Shown piece by piece: positions 1 to 14,000 of a stretch of DNA of 64,000 nt. Under the pieces are notes generated by a model. That model saw only the letters and a list, made by a program, of their open reading frames with translations. It did no database searches and had not been told where the DNA came from. Position numbers and translations under genes: made by a program. The stretch is from Iphione sp. A-MEVVRFRX5 (Eukaryota), in NCBI GenBank assembly GCA_976226885.1, contig OZ320316.1, forward strand, positions 62,558,001-62,622,000, given 5' to 3'. Each line of letters opens with the position of its first letter. Position 1 is the stretch's first letter.

Positions 1-2449
1 ATACATATCTCATAATTATGAAAGCAAATCGTAACGTTAGGAAGAAGGACGAAATTCCGTTTGAGAGAGCTAGTAAAGAAGTACTTCGTAATTCGAAAAT
101 CTTTAACAATGTTGTGTACTCTAGATGTCAAATCTGCCAAGATTTTCAGTAGCGTTACTCAACAAAACATCCGATGGTGTATGGAGATGCCTTCCAATAT
201 GTCAGAGTTGGCCTCTTTGCTAAGTATTCTGATGTTATGTTTTCCAATAGAGCTGACAGTGTCATACGCACGACAGGCCACGTAATATATGGCGGGTGGG
301 TCTGTGGCTGAAAACTGCATTCAATTTAAACAATATGTCCGAAGCTCTGCTCCTATTTTCAGTTGCTACTATTCCTGAATAAGGAGGACAATAATGACCA
401 TAATTGAGAGAAACTATCGTGGTTAGTACAATATATACGATCAAATTTCTGACTTGCAAAGAATGCATGAATGCCATCAAAAATGATTGATTCTTACAGA
501 TATATGGGAGATAATATAAAAGATTCACACAAAGGCAATTTATTTCTATGAATATCTAATATGAGATCTTCTCGAGATTCCCAAAATCGCCACTTTAAAT
601 GTGAGGTTATTCAAACACTGTCAATGAACACGTACAGCTGAAAAGTAATACATGTACGTCTCAAGCTGCAGCGCTTATTACGGTGTTCGTGGCAAATTCG
701 TTTTTAGATGCGGCACGTCAGTACCACGTCTTCTACATTTGTGTATAAAATTGCACATAAAACGGTTGAGATAAAAGTACAAGGCCTTCTTCTGGATGAG
801 TCGATGTCAACATAAATTTCCCTACCTCATTATCCAGGGATTGTTTTGTATCATACAAATTCCCTACTGACAAAGCCCCACATATAATTTCCTTCTATGA
901 AGAGGGGCCTTCAGAGTATGAAAAAGCAATGAAATACCAGGCTCTTAAAATCTCATTAACTGCTGTCATTCTAAGTTTTGGTGATAGCAACAGTACGGTC
1001 ACCGATCTTAACTGATCAGTGCCGACGGTAGGTTGTTCTGCCTTGTATGATAAACACTTCCCAAATTCATATTCTGGTGCGCGTCCTTTAGCGAACAATA
1101 TTGCTATGGACGTTAGATACCAGCTACGGCGTGTTCATTTGCCCGAAACTTGTTGGACTGTTTTAATCAATTATAGCCAAAGGCACCACGGACGGCTCAC
1201 TGTGAAACCTGTCAGGCGAAAGCCGATGGTCCGATGAAAGGCCCCTTGCTTTGACAAATGCACTCTATTTTACTTTTGCAAGATTGCAAAACGTTGCTAG
1301 AATGATTGATGGAATCCACGCAAGGATGTGATAGATTGTGGCTAGTTCGCGTGAGGAAAGTGAGAAAGGCGGCTGGAGATGCTAACATCAACGCGGCAGC
1401 CTGCTAGGATTGTTTCTCCAGGAGATGATATGTATGACATCATTCAAAATGTGTTCAAAGGAAAGCTTGTAGAGGTCGCATCTGTCACACGCCTTTTACT
1501 AGTCCTAACACGCGTGCGTGGTACGGATCTCACCTGGACGCCCGGCTCCACCGCTTGTACTCGGTGGTGGTTCGCAGGTGCGAATTGTTGGCATGGTACC
1601 CACCAGTCGGTAGATGGAGCCACACGAACACAGGGTTTCATTGATATCACTATCGACTTCTATGGTAGAGCATGTGCCGGGGACGACCGTAACGCCAACT
1701 GCAAGGCCCAGTTGGTAACGAATCGATGTCTACCGGCAGGAGAATGACCAATGGATGCTCAGCCATCGTCCAGACCACCACGGACAAACCAGTGTACCGA
1801 GAGAAATGATCGGGGTAGCCCATACTCGATTAAGTGAAGAAAGAAATATGACGGCATCACGCAAGCCACACTATAGGACGGCCGCTGTAGACGCTACAAG
1901 TCAAAACACCCCTCGGAGAGCAAAACCGCGATGTTCAATAATTGAATTCATCGCTACTCTCTTGAAAGGACCCTACAGGAAAAGAACAGCACTGCCTCTC
2001 TGGAGGCGAATACGCAGTGCTGATAGGGATCTAATAAACTGCTGCCAGAGGACACGGGCCTTCAGCAGCCGCAAATGTTGGACGTTGCTACTTATCACAA
2101 GTGGGCGGGAATATTGAAATCATAACCGTGTGTGGTTACTACACACACATATATACATGTATGTAAATCCGACCTTGTCATGCTGTATTTCGAAATCATC
2201 ATTTCTATAACCGGGGCCTGCATTTTTTTAAAATGCAAAAAGGCAACTTCCTTGCATAGATGTATGGAATTGCTAGAATCCCATCCCAATGGGTTATTGA
2301 GGAGTATTTTTGAGTACGTGAGAAAACGACGATGACAGGACACTGATGAGATAAAGTAAGACGAAACGCCGGTACGATGGCGGCCTCTCTACACATAAGG
2401 CAGCTCGTAAATGTTAATCAAGTGGCGACGCTCAAAAAGCATCTAAGGA

Positions 2450-3960
2450 TGAACGCCAACCAACCGCGCTGACCGATGCGAAACCAAGCCCACTGGCAGC
2501 ATCCTCAATCTGCCCTCCTCTTTGGCTCCCCCAATCTCTAACCACGTTCCATGCGAGCGCTATTCAATATTTTAAATTGCCTGGCTTTTTCGTTGTTCTT
2601 CACAATGGACCCTTGCTAATAATTAAAATCCTTTATTAGCATTTTGTTCATGTCAAAGGACAAAAATTCCCAAATTATTCCAAGTCCTTTTGAGACAAAT
2701 CTTCTCAGAATAAAATGATTAAAAGTCATGAAATTGTGTAGTTTCTTTTTTCCCGGCTTGGGACCTTCTTTAAACTTGTTCTGTCTCACTCGATCCGATT
2801 CTTTCTATCTTCAATTGTCTCTTTTTCGGTCCATTATATGATAAATTGGCACGAAAAATCTCTAAACGGCATTCTGGGCCAAGGGATCAGGTGTCTGTCT
2901 TTCGGACAGAGGAACATTGCGGACTAATGTAGCTCTCGCAACAACCATATTGTGAATGCTTCAGCAGATTATTCATCTCAGCTATCGGGGCACCGCTGGA
3001 TTTGGTGACTTTATTCAGCACGGCATCTAGGTCTTCCCACGAACACTCATAGTCGGTGGCCCTTGTTGTCTCGATCAAAAGATCACTGACAGCCAAGCCT
3101 TCGCCCAGACTCTCGTCCACCTCACCCAACCAGTTGTGCGGGCGCTGCTTTATCGTGACAAACCCTGACCGAGCGAGCTGGTCGTATAGCTCATCGTTAG
3201 GTACATAAGAACTGCTCACTGACTCCGTCCCAAAGATCAATACGTCGCAGCCTTGCTGTAACTAACACTAGGCGACCAGGACACGTTACGGCATTACTGT
3301 AGTTAGACGCTTTCCCACAGGAATATTGGTGATTCAATATTTCTTCTATCGTTGGTATAGCATTTGATTGAAAGTATTTCATTGAGAAGCAAGTATCATC
3401 TACATTAAATGTTTTTCAACCAGTTCCTCAGCCTTTTCAATATTTTATTCCAACAGGTGGTCCAATCTCCAATTTTGTGCCTTAAGATAACACTTAATGC
3501 CTTTACAATTCCGATCGATTATACTAGGAGTCAAATCAATGCATCTCTTGATGCCTTAAGAAATAAAACTGTTGGTATAGACATCCTTCTTAGGTCATTT
3601 TATCTGTCATTCTTAAAAATGCGTCTTTTCAATATCATGGGGAGAATTTTTGGTATATGGTCATCATCTGAGTGCCTTGATTCTGCGGCTGGTAAGCTAT
3701 GCGGATTAAGATGGTATATCGGCATGGGCTTGTAAGTTGGGCAATGCTGGTGGCCCTTCAGGTTTTTGTCGATATATGACCCCCCTTGCATGTTTGTGTC
3801 CATTGGCCAGAAGGCAATGGTCCAAGCGATGCATTTCGACGTTGCTGGCCAGCCATATGTGTCACCTACAGTAGCAAATGCTGGAGCAATAACTTTGATT
3901 GACTGCATCTTCCTCGTGAGATGCTTACTCTAAGGCCATTTTGAATACTTAGAGAAAGAC
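2450..3960 (-). pseudogene. Decayed coding-like remnant of unknown origin (multiple stops and frameshifts)
   Basis: Protein-like stretches occur in alternating minus-strand frames: MHRLDHCLLANGHKHARGVIYRQKP; GIKRCIDLTPSIIDRNCKGIKCYLKAQNWRLDHLLE*NIEKAEELVEKH; IEEILNHQYSCGK; and the 117-aa ORF 2887-3240 (LQQGCDVLIFGTESVSSSYVPNDELYDQLARSGF...). No family recognised with confidence; boundaries approximate. Confidence 0.35.
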
Positions 3961-4641
3961 TAAGGCCTAGCAAAGAAATATCCTCGTTTCCGGTAACCAA
4001 CCGATCCATTATTTTGACCTGCTGGAGGCTTTTTTATCATTAATTTTGGCAATATCTTTTTTATGAATAATACTACGGTGTCATACAAGATGCAATTTCT
4101 TTCCTGACGTCATTAGTTTTCATATGATATGAGTATTAAGATGTAAGTAATAGAAGTGATGGTTCTATCATTGTTAAGTACTGTCTAGCCTTTTCAGTGG
4201 AATATTTCTATGGAATAAAACAAAAGAACCACAACCTACCAGCCCTACATTTTTTAACATGTTACCGAAACACTCTTAGGTCTAAGAGAGAGCAACAATC
4301 AAATAATCTTATTATTATGAATACGTTGATTGATTTTGATAGGAATGTGTTCAGTTCAGTTACTTCTGTCAGCACCACCAACCATTGAACTACAGTCGAC
4401 TCCCCCCCCCCCTGCAGACACATCTACAAAACACATCTTAGATGCAGACCATTCACAAAAGAACCGACTTCCTTTCCATACATAACGTATATAGTGAGAT
4501 GTCTCTAAACAGGACAATGAATTTGGGGGAGCATTCCCCTCTGGACACCGTGTTGTCACAGTGATATTAGGGGAATTTAAGCCTCTGGAGTCAAATTAGC
4601 ATGTCGCCACTACAAGTACTCCCTAATATCCCCCTCTGTAC

Positions 4642-4800
4642 AATGTGTTGTCGAATGAATTTGGGGCTGCATACAGGCTTCTGAAGTCATTTTGATAGGT
4701 TGACCTCAATATCATCCTAGAGATAATGTGTTGATGCACAAATTTGGGGCTGCAGAGAGGCTTCTGAAGTCATTTTCACAGGTTTACCTTAACATCCCTT
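4642..4800. repeat. Diverged tandem duplication, 2 x ~83 bp
   Basis: aatgtgttg...atttggggctgca...aggcttctgaagtcatttt...aggtt..acct recurs at 4642 and 4725. Confidence 0.75.
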
Positions 4801-5932
4801 GAAATCTACCTTTTGTGTAAGGTGTGGACAAATTCTGCACTTTTTGGAATTTTCTCATCAAATGCAGCACTTTTAGGACTCTTACTCATCAAATGACCCA
4901 TTCACTCACATACACTTGGTTGAGAGAGAGGGAGAATGGGAAAACATTTCCAGACCACAAAGTCGTATCCTACCAACAGATCTCCAATATAGATGTGTCC
5001 AAAATCAGAACAGTTCGGGGAAGAATGAAGGGTGTCGGCACTTGAAAGAGGTGACTATACCAGGAACAATAACTCTGGAGTAACAGATGTCGAGAAATCT
5101 GAAGCATTTTATATCAGCAACTAGTGACATGAGTACATGGTGAGTTGATCTAAGCTAAGAGAAACACACATCCATTTTACTCCAAGTACCCTGTAAATTC
5201 CTCTCAGGAGTATAACGAATTGTGTGCTAGGAGAGATTCCTGGTTGGAGGAAACTTGTTCTTAGAAGTCGGCTTTTTCTGCTGATACGGTGAGATGTTTC
5301 TTGAATTATGGAGGGTATGAATACAGATGTATTTTGAAGGCTACACAGACATGACCAGTTTGAGAAGTGTGATGATTCTAACGTTACTCAGAGCCAGATC
5401 TTTTTCATTTTCTTATTACTTCATTGATATGTCAGATTCTCAATTATTCTTGAATGCATTGAGTGATGATTATCATTTCTCTGACTCAGTTAACGGTATG
5501 TTAGATTAATAATATAATATATTTTTCAAGCAAAGAGGAGCAATTAATTATGTGCGATTAGATTTCTAGCCATGCATTGCTCAGAGGAGGAGATGTGTAT
5601 TCTAAAGATATGTTAAGCCAACACTCTGTCAAAAACGGGGTTAGTAAGAAAGGGCTATATTTTTAGTCAGTGGCGGATAGGCCTGCCCCAACGCCTCCTA
5701 CTCAAACTGTATAACTGTCATTGTTTCGATCAATACCTATGAGCATTTATCCTAATCGGCATGATTCTTAACAGTATTCTGTTAGCAAGATTAATTATCA
5801 CTGACCACTACCTATTTCAACATCATTCTACTTTTTTGTCATGCCTTACTGAATGAGGGTACGTTTAGTTATCTTAATAGCTACACATATTCTCTAATCA
5901 AACATATTCTCTATCGTTACAAAGAGCAAAGC

Positions 5933-5986
5933 AAAGAGTACACTTTCGCTAAAGAGTACACTTTCGCTAAAGAGTACACTTTCGCT
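5933..5986. repeat. Perfect tandem repeat, 3 x 18 bp (aaagagtacactttcgct)
   Basis: Identical units at 5933-5950, 5951-5968 and 5969-5986. Confidence 0.97.
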
Positions 5987-8900
5987 TCCATGAAGAAAGC
6001 TTTGGTATAAGCTTATCTTTACATGTTGATTCTAAATCTGAGTCTTTTCCTCTTTGATGACTATTTCCAGGCTTAAACCCGGTATTTAGTGCGTCGGTCA
6101 TCCGGAGAAGGCCTCGGAAAGCGGTTCGAAATTTTATTCAAATTACAAGGCCGAGTTTATGTGTTCTATGACATATTTTTTCTGACATCAAAAACAAAGC
6201 TGAAAGGAGAAACAGGTTTTGCACATTTACATCTATAAAAAAAAAGAAAATAACCAAAAGACAAGAATGCAAGCTGTGCTATGACACTTTTATGGCGCTG
6301 TACATAGAAATAGATAACACATATCCCCGTTACAGATCATGTCTTCTGTATTATTAGCCAACAGGCTACTGGATTGCGGCGTATTGATGCCGTCTGCCTT
6401 TATCATTTAGCCATGGGAAACACCAGGTTCACTTTTCAGAGATAATCGGTTTGTGCCTGTGGCCCCCAAGTATCACGTGTTTTAAGCTTGCAGGATTTAA
6501 TCGTTAAATGTTCAGCTAAACATGTTTTTAAGCGTCCAATTGATTAGGTTTATTAATGGTGGAATGTGTCGGTGACCTGCGCGTGTTGCGCTGAATTCAA
6601 TTCAAATCATGTCACTATGTGCGCGCCAATAAGATTTATATATTGCGTATCGTAGTGAGCGTGCAGTTTTCCTATTCTCTTTGTCTCCCTGTGTCTATTA
6701 TGAGGTGGGTGACGGTATATTTGCAATGAGCTTCTAGAAAGAAGATGCTACCATTCTTCTGTTTCTTACCTGGATCAGGGCGGAAAATTCAACGTGGTCT
6801 AAAACATACTTCGCTTCAGGCGAGAAAGAGATGCAAGCGAAATGTAAGCTTCCCCTCTATATTGTCTGCTGTAAGAAACCTTTGCTGCAGTCAAATAACC
6901 ATTGTCTCTACATGCGTTTGTACTCACTGTTTGCCTCACTGAATTACGACAAAAAAACCTTTTCCACGATTAATGAAATATGTTCGCTGCGTATCGGCCA
7001 AGGAAAAAAAGATGCATGCTTTTCATACAACAGGAGCAGTTGTGTTCAGCAAGACGGAGCAAACAGCACGTGGGAATGGAGGTGGAACTTTTTGAATAGC
7101 AGTTTTTGCAACGTTAGCATTGTGATCCATACGTGTAAAACACGTATCGTTTCTACCTGTTGCTTTTTGCTGATTTTACAAAGCTTTACGTATGACATCC
7201 CAGATAGCTATACAGGACGACAACAAAACGGGCATGTGCATATGTATCAATGTGGTTTTTTGAAACATTGATCCGAATAGGAACTATGGTGCATTAAACA
7301 TGTCGGGGTATGGACTCAGAAGTGAACGATAAACATCTTCACTGGCTATCTGAATCACATGCAACTAACATGTTTCCACTGCTGTTAATCTATTCTATCC
7401 TAACATAAAAAGAGTTATAAAATTCTACTATAATGCTGTTCGATTGACTGACTTCGGCCTCGATCATGGATATAATGATGTTTTCTTTACTCTGCCAATG
7501 ATAGCTACGCATTTTGTTAACACAGTAACGAGAAAGCGATTCTGATTTCGTGCAGTGACGCCCACGTGATTGATAACGGCATAGACGATGGTCCCAGGGT
7601 GCAGGGCATGAGGTGGGGGATGCCGATGTGGAACTCACCTGTTTGGGAAGAAGCCGTAGGGTCCCAGGTGAAGGGGAGGGGGCAATGGCTGCGTCAGGAG
7701 CCTCGGGCGTAGCGCAAAGAGCGGCCGGTGCCTAACGGGTGAGCGCCCGCCCGATCATATCTACGGGCCGTAATGAGATCGTGTGGGGTGAGATGGCATC
7801 GATCACCGCTCCCTGTCGCTCCAAGCGGCGCCACACATGCACGTCGTAAGATGGATGGCGTAAAATCCCCAATTATCGACCGACGTGCTTCTGCCACCGT
7901 TTGCCTACGCGCAGTACATCTGGCGATGTCGCCACTCGATGGGAACAGCCAACTGATGTCCTTTATGGATCGTCTGCCCGCTATGGCCCATAATAAGGCC
8001 TGCAATGAAGATGAGGAGGTTTCCTAAACTGTAGGTTGCCAAAAGAGAGTCGTAACCTCAGGTACTTCCTTTGACATCTATGTCACTTCTCCCTTCAACT
8101 GCCATGTAATCTAGCATAGCCTAGGCAAACACTATATACAAATAACGTTTGTCGCAATATACAAGATAAATGTATGTACACTCGACCCTCTTTATCCGAT
8201 ACTGAGCAGTACACAGGAGTGCACTCTCCACTGAACATATATTCGGTATCCTATCCAAGGAGGCCATTTCAGCACAATGAATCACTAGCTAAGAATGGTA
8301 GCTGCAAGGCGTATCAAACTGATTCCTCAAGCTCATTTATTTCTTGCTTGATATATACCCCCCCATTGGGGTACCAAAACGTATGCACATGTCGATACGT
8401 GTGTGTGAAATTGAAAAAAAAACACGATCTCACTGTCGTACGTTTATTTAAATTTGCTTTATTTGTAGAGAGTAATGGGCAGCTAGGCTTTGTTTCATAT
8501 GGTATCGCCGGGTCGCCACAGAATATTGGCGGGATACCTCGAGGCTTTCTAAATGCAAAATCAGGCATGCACCCTAACCGGTCGAGCAGCCAGTTGGTCC
8601 AGCGGCTAAGGTGCACTGGCCATAATATGGACCTTCCGTTAATCGGGAAATTGCTGATGGAGTCGGTCAACCAATTCAGTCGCTGAGAACTAACGATGTT
8701 TGAGTTTTGTGATTCAGCCGGGCGCAAGACCCTGTCCAATTTGTGAGTCTACCAAATTGTTCGAGGTAGGACTAGGGGCGGTAGTGTGCACCAAGCTTAA
8801 TAGGATTTTTGTGAAGTCACTGGGAACAGCCTAGCAGGATGGAAATGCAGAGAATAATAAGGAGGTCATAATATCATTGTCAATGAGAGTGTACAGGACT

Positions 8901-9079
8901 GCAGTGAAATGTAGCTACAGGTTATGTCTCCAACCTTCAATCTATTTTCATTTTTTATTGAATCATTCTACAAATACACAACGATCATCAGATCGGTTTT
9001 CATATGCATCTGTGTATCTTGTTGTATTGTAAAGTATTGTATTATAAATATTGCTGACATGCATTCATTGTTGGACCAT

Positions 9080-10040
9080 TATCCATTATCAAAAATAATT
9101 CTTGTTATTTGTATTTTAAACCCTTCTTTGTCCAGACCACTATCTGGTGGTGGAGTAGAAGTATTTCATTGTTTGGTTACAATATTTCTTGTTATTGTAC
9201 TTTGCAAGGCTGATCGATAATTACTTTGTATGAACAATATTCTTTCATTTATCCTTAAACTAATCGTCATTTCTCTTTGCTTGTAATGTTCTTGTTCAAA
9301 TTTTGGTAGATATCTTCTCATGGCCATATATCCTCCTGTTAGTATATGTAATTGTAATCTTTGCTGGATTGTTAAGATATTACATTGCTGTAATAATTAA
9401 TTTGTTGAAATCATCTTGTCCTTGTTCAATAATTTTTTGAGCACTTTGTTATGACAAATTTGTACTCTGTTGATATTTGATTTCTTGTTAGCCCATACAA
9501 TGTCCATATAATCAGACAACGGAACCACTATAGTTTTATAAAGTAATAGTTTCTGCTCAGTATTAGATATTCTGATATTCTTGCTAAACAATTTCCACTG
9601 TTCCTGATTATCTTTGTTAGTTCCACTACATGGTGTGAGAAGGTCATCAACCCAAATCCCTAGATATTTATGAAAATGTACTCTATCGATGAATTTCTTG
9701 TTGATTTTTAAACTGGACAAATTATGTAATTTTTCTTTACTTTTGTTTGAAAAGATCATATAGTGTGTCTTTTTGTCATTCAATTGCAATCTATTATATA
9801 ATATATTCAGAAATTTTATTTAAGGTATTATTCATTTTTGTTATTGCCATTTCAGGATTCTTATCATTTGTTATAACCATTGTGTCATCAGCAAACATGT
9901 GTATATATATTTCCCTCTTCTCCAAAATATGCAGGTAAATCATTTATATATAAATTAAACAAAATTGGTCCCGTTACAGAATCCTGAGGCACTCCCTTGG
10001 CTATTGGTAAATATGACGATAGATGACTATTATTAATGCG
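9080..10040 (-). mobile_element. Non-LTR retrotransposon (CR1/L2-type LINE) ORF2 remnant: RT core and C-terminus
   Basis: Minus-strand translation gives PIAKGVPQDSVTGPILFNLYINDLP, MFADDT, LQLNDKKTHYMIF, HKYLGIWVDDLLT and LLLYKTIVVPLSDYMDIVW in canonical RT order, with stops and frameshifts. Confidence 0.92.
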
Positions 10041-10499
10041 TCAAGTCCTATCTATTGTGTAAAGCGATCCCCCTATATGTTCTTATAAGGACGTATTAGC
10101 TTCTGCCGCGGTATTTCTCGTCATTCACAAGGCTAGACACATGTCTGTTTTGAATTATTCATGTTACACTGCCATGTACGAAGTAGTTCCGAAACTCCTC
10201 GCTTATCACTGATTTCATCGAGAATCGACTTATCTAGACACTACATGCATTTAGAACAGATATCATTTTTATGGTGATCCTTTTTTGTCGCCCATATATT
10301 CACCAGTAAGAACTACTGTTTTCACCGACAGCAAACTGTAAATATGGCATGATTCGAATAGCATTTGCACTGTTTGCTGGTGAGGGAAAGTCAAATTGTC
10401 CCATTGTAGATGGCGAGATATAAACAACTGCGGTAGGCGAGGTGTTTTGTACAATGGTTGTATAGCTTTTTTATGATGTTATAGTGATTTATATATAAT

Positions 10500-10640
10500 C
10501 TAGAGATCCATCGTCCCTTGTCCTGCATGGCTAGCCGTTTTATATGATCAATCAACGTTGCTGCTGAAGTAGGTTGATGAAACGATACCATTAAATTGAG
10601 GACCATGACATTGTTGTCTAATTCTAAGGACACCACCATA
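10500..10640 (-). mobile_element. Possible APE-endonuclease fragment of a LINE ORF2
   Basis: QPTSAATLIDHI resembles the PTRxTxxSATLIDHI motif of CR1/L2 endonucleases. It lies upstream of, and on the same strand as, the RT at 9080-10040. Confidence 0.4.
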
Positions 10641-11049
10641 ACTGGTATATTGATCTGACATGCAATGTGTGTTAATTTCTAATTCTGTCCACTAAGAGGT
10701 TAAAGGTCGTTTTTAATCATCTTGTAAAATGTTACATGACAAAGAAATCAGTTTTATCGCTACTAGGTATTTCCTAACCTGTGTAGTGAATTTGACACTT
10801 CGATTACATGTGTATGTATTTGTGAAATGGGAGGAGCAGGTGTACAAGCCACTTTTAACGTTGCCTCGACAGTTATGGAAGGTTAATGCTTTGTTGTCGG
10901 TTTGTATGTATATTTATATGGAGTATGGGATTCTATATGCAAATGAAACATGAGAGTTCTATAATAACAAGAGCTTGGTGTAATGCACTGAGCGAGCTAA
11001 GGCTCATACACTCCGTGACCTCAGATCAGTACATGTAGACTCTGGAGAG

Positions 11050-11183
11050 NNNNNNNNNNNNNNNNNNNNNNNNNNNNNNNNNNNNNNNNNNNNNNNNNNN
11101 NNNNNNNNNNNNNNNNNNNNNNNNNNNNNNNNNNNNNNNNNNNNNNNNNNNNNNNNNNNNNNNNNNNNNNNNNNNNNNNNNNN
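11050..11183. other. Assembly gap (134 N)
   Basis: Run of N; ORFs in the track that cross it are artefacts. Confidence 0.99.
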
Positions 11184-12557
11184 CACCAGTGATTATCTGG
11201 GGCCGACCAGATCGCAGGGGCGACCATATTCGTGAATGAAGCATATTTGTCATATTTATAAGCACAATAACGGCAACATGACTTCACCAGATACAAAAGT
11301 ATATTCAACCATCCATTTGGCTGACACCTGTAATGACCTAAATCGTAGTCCAACAATGTAGACAGTAGGAGATACGCCTCCAGCGATGGCTGTTCTTGTA
11401 AGCATTTCAGCAGTTCTTGAATGGATTTGGCATCATTCAGCCTTGGTGCTGTGTAGGGTAAAAGCGTCAGAAGTACTTGCTCGAACTTTCACGGGCAAAT
11501 GCAAAATCGTCTAGTACAGTAGAGCATTTTATTCTTCCAAACCGAACATGTCCTGAATTGGCCACAGTTCGTACACGGCGTTTTGATATAGGTATTGCAT
11601 CCAGATATTAAACGTATACGTGAAATCTCACAAAATCAATACAGATTATGACTAACTATGCAAGAGTAAACGAAATTCCACGAAGAATAGACAGTGACTC
11701 ATACTTTTTAACCGACTGGGTCGAATTGATGAAAGTTTGCCCTAAATCTGATTTATATTCATATGAATAATGTTACCAGGCTGCCTGTCAGTAGTAGTCA
11801 TCCGTTATACAACCAGCCAATAAAGAAGCTAGAACTTGCTAGGTGAACATAGGTTTGCTGTAGCTCTTAACTGAAGGCCAGACCACTTTACTAATCAGTG
11901 TATATATTAGACCCCTAACTAACATATTCATGTCATCCAGATTGAAATATATCGTCTAACTGTCACACTTTATAGGAAACCGTCTTTACATTTGTCATAT
12001 CATTTGGGGAAACTATTATTGTGCCCCGAGGGAAATGAAACTTAATGTTAAGTGCAAATGTGTTTCCATAATGCTAAAATTCTCTAACATAGGCCTTCAA
12101 CATATAAAACCAGAGACTCTATTTAGTTTCTTGTTTCTGTTTTTTATTCAGTGGACAGATAAGATTTCGTGCATGTTATATCTGGATTCTATTTCTATTC
12201 CCACTAACCTTCCTCACATATGGTAGCGTTAAATATATCATACGGAACAAAGGAACCTCACCTTTTCCCTTTTCTACAGACCGAATTTCTTCATAAGATA
12301 TCTTTTTGTCCTCTGTTTTAATATCTCCACGAAGTATACTTGCTGCAATGCATCTGTAAATTAACTCCTAATGCTGTATCCATGCAACTTGTGTCCCTTC
12401 GTGGCCTTCGTACTTTTAGCACTTCTTTCTTTGTCTACTTCTATGTATTACTAGATAAGATTTATGGGCCCTTTTACATCCATTTATGTACTGCTATTAA
12501 TACTTGCAATGGTAGTGTATCCTCTTTAACTTAAGATTCACCTGTATCCTATTGTCT

Positions 12558-12597
12558 ATCAGTGCAAACCTCCCCCCATCAGTGCAAACCTCCCCCC
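12558..12597. repeat. Perfect tandem duplication, 2 x 20 bp (atcagtgcaaacctcccccc)
   Basis: Read directly at 12558-12577 and 12578-12597. Confidence 0.9.
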
Positions 12598-12889
12598 GAA
12601 ATCTTTGTCCACACTAACAACTGACAATTATTGCTTACAATACGACTTATGCAGACCATTAGGTTGTTCTGTGCATTGAAGTACTTTCTCATCTTCTATC
12701 ATAAATATATAAATGCCTTTTTTTCATTAGATACGGCACATTGAAAAAGATATGCATCCAGCCAGCATCCTATTTACGTATTATTGCTACACTGTTCCAT
12801 ACAGTCATTTCCCATTTTTAATTCCTCATATTCCTCCCCTTTTATACATCCCGTGTAACTATACAGGATATCTATAGGGGCTGCAATAG

Positions 12890-13220
12890 TGGACAATATA
12901 GATGAAATATACAGGGGGCTGAATGAGAATAAGAAGATGACATCAGTATTTTTAGACCCGCAAACTATTCGATAGTTTAAACCATTTAGTGCTATTGCAT
13001 AAATGAGAAGAAATAGGTTTGGCCCCTATTGTCCCCTGGATGAGAGAATACTGAAATGATGATGATGAGGTTAGTAAGTGAATGTAAACGGACTGGAATT
13101 TAGGGGCTGGAGGGTAGGTTGGGGAGTATTACAGGGGAGTTTATTGGATACGTTATCATTTTTTATTTATATAAATTACTTGAGGAACATTGCCACGTGT
13201 CTAGTGAGCTAATAACAGTC
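12890..13220 (+). mobile_element. Decayed CR1/L2-type LINE RT fragment
   Basis: DEIYRGLNENKKMTSVFLD, then after a frameshift KLFDSLNHLVLLHK*EEIG, then NVNG...GVLQGSLLDTLSFFIYINYL. These match the RT motifs FLDLSKAFDSVNH and GVPQGSxLGPLLFxIYINDL. Confidence 0.85.
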
Positions 13221-13529
13221 AAGAAGCCAAATGGAGTTTTAAAAAAACACAAGAAAAATCAATATCTCAAAATACTCTAAATACACCGAAAATAATGGGG
13301 AATGGGTGTGCTCTCTCATAAGTGCTGGGAGAGAGTGTCTGTTTATTCAATGAAGATGCTACCTTAAATACGCTTTGGTTACAAAATCATTGCTAAATAT
13401 AGCTACAGTCTTCTAAAAATAACCTACTATGTCCCAGTAATATATATCCAGGTAACACATATCCCAGTTACCAACATCACACTTGCTTTTTAAGTGATTC
13501 ACTGGTAGAGGTGCCCAACACAGAGTGCC

Positions 13530-14000
13530 TCTCATGGATCGTTCCAAAAGGAACAACCTCAGATGGAGCGCTCAGCACAGAGTCCTCACCGATTACCAAT
13601 TTTGCTACACTATATCTCTATGCTGATGAATCGGCTTTAGTGGGGAGTGGAGACAACTAGCGGGAAGTAGTAGGGTTTGTTAGAAAGAATCTAGTGAAAG
13701 TGCAACTGTTGTGTGAGAATAGCCAAATACTGATAGATGCAGCAATATCCTCTGCTGTCCTGCAGTAGAGGAGCTGTAATGGGGGACGACATGTGACGAC
13801 ATGCATGTTCCGGTGAGTGAAACTGACACTTGATTCTGATAGGTTTGTCAGGTTGAGTATTGTGAAATAAAAGATGTATTGTATGAATTGAAAAATATTG
13901 TATTGCACAGCCACCACGGTACTGATTGTATATTAGGAAGGGATTTTTGCTGAATGAACAGACACTCCCTGCACTTTGAGAGGGTAACCTCCACCAGAGT
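13530..14000 (+). mobile_element. Second decayed LINE RT fragment
   Basis: In-frame VPKGT...TLYLYADESALVGSGDN*REVVGFVRKNLVKVQLLCENSQILI corresponds to PQGS...LYADDT...LxKVxxWCxxNKLxLN. Confidence 0.7.

Noticed and set aside
820-1015. Plus-frame peptide SFYEEGPSEYEKAMKY..., faintly copine-like
   Set aside because: Similarity is limited to a few residues, with no supporting exons or splice signals.
6831-8739. 146-aa, 170-aa and 141-aa ORFs
   Set aside because: Cys/Ser/aromatic-rich random-looking translations, overlapping on opposite strands, with no domains.
11004-11356. ORFs containing X runs
   Set aside because: Artefacts of the N gap.
12890-14000. Idea that the two plus-strand RT fragments are one LINE split by an insertion
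   Set aside because: The second fragment has its own in-frame VPKGT (PQGS-equivalent) before YADE, so they are two copies.
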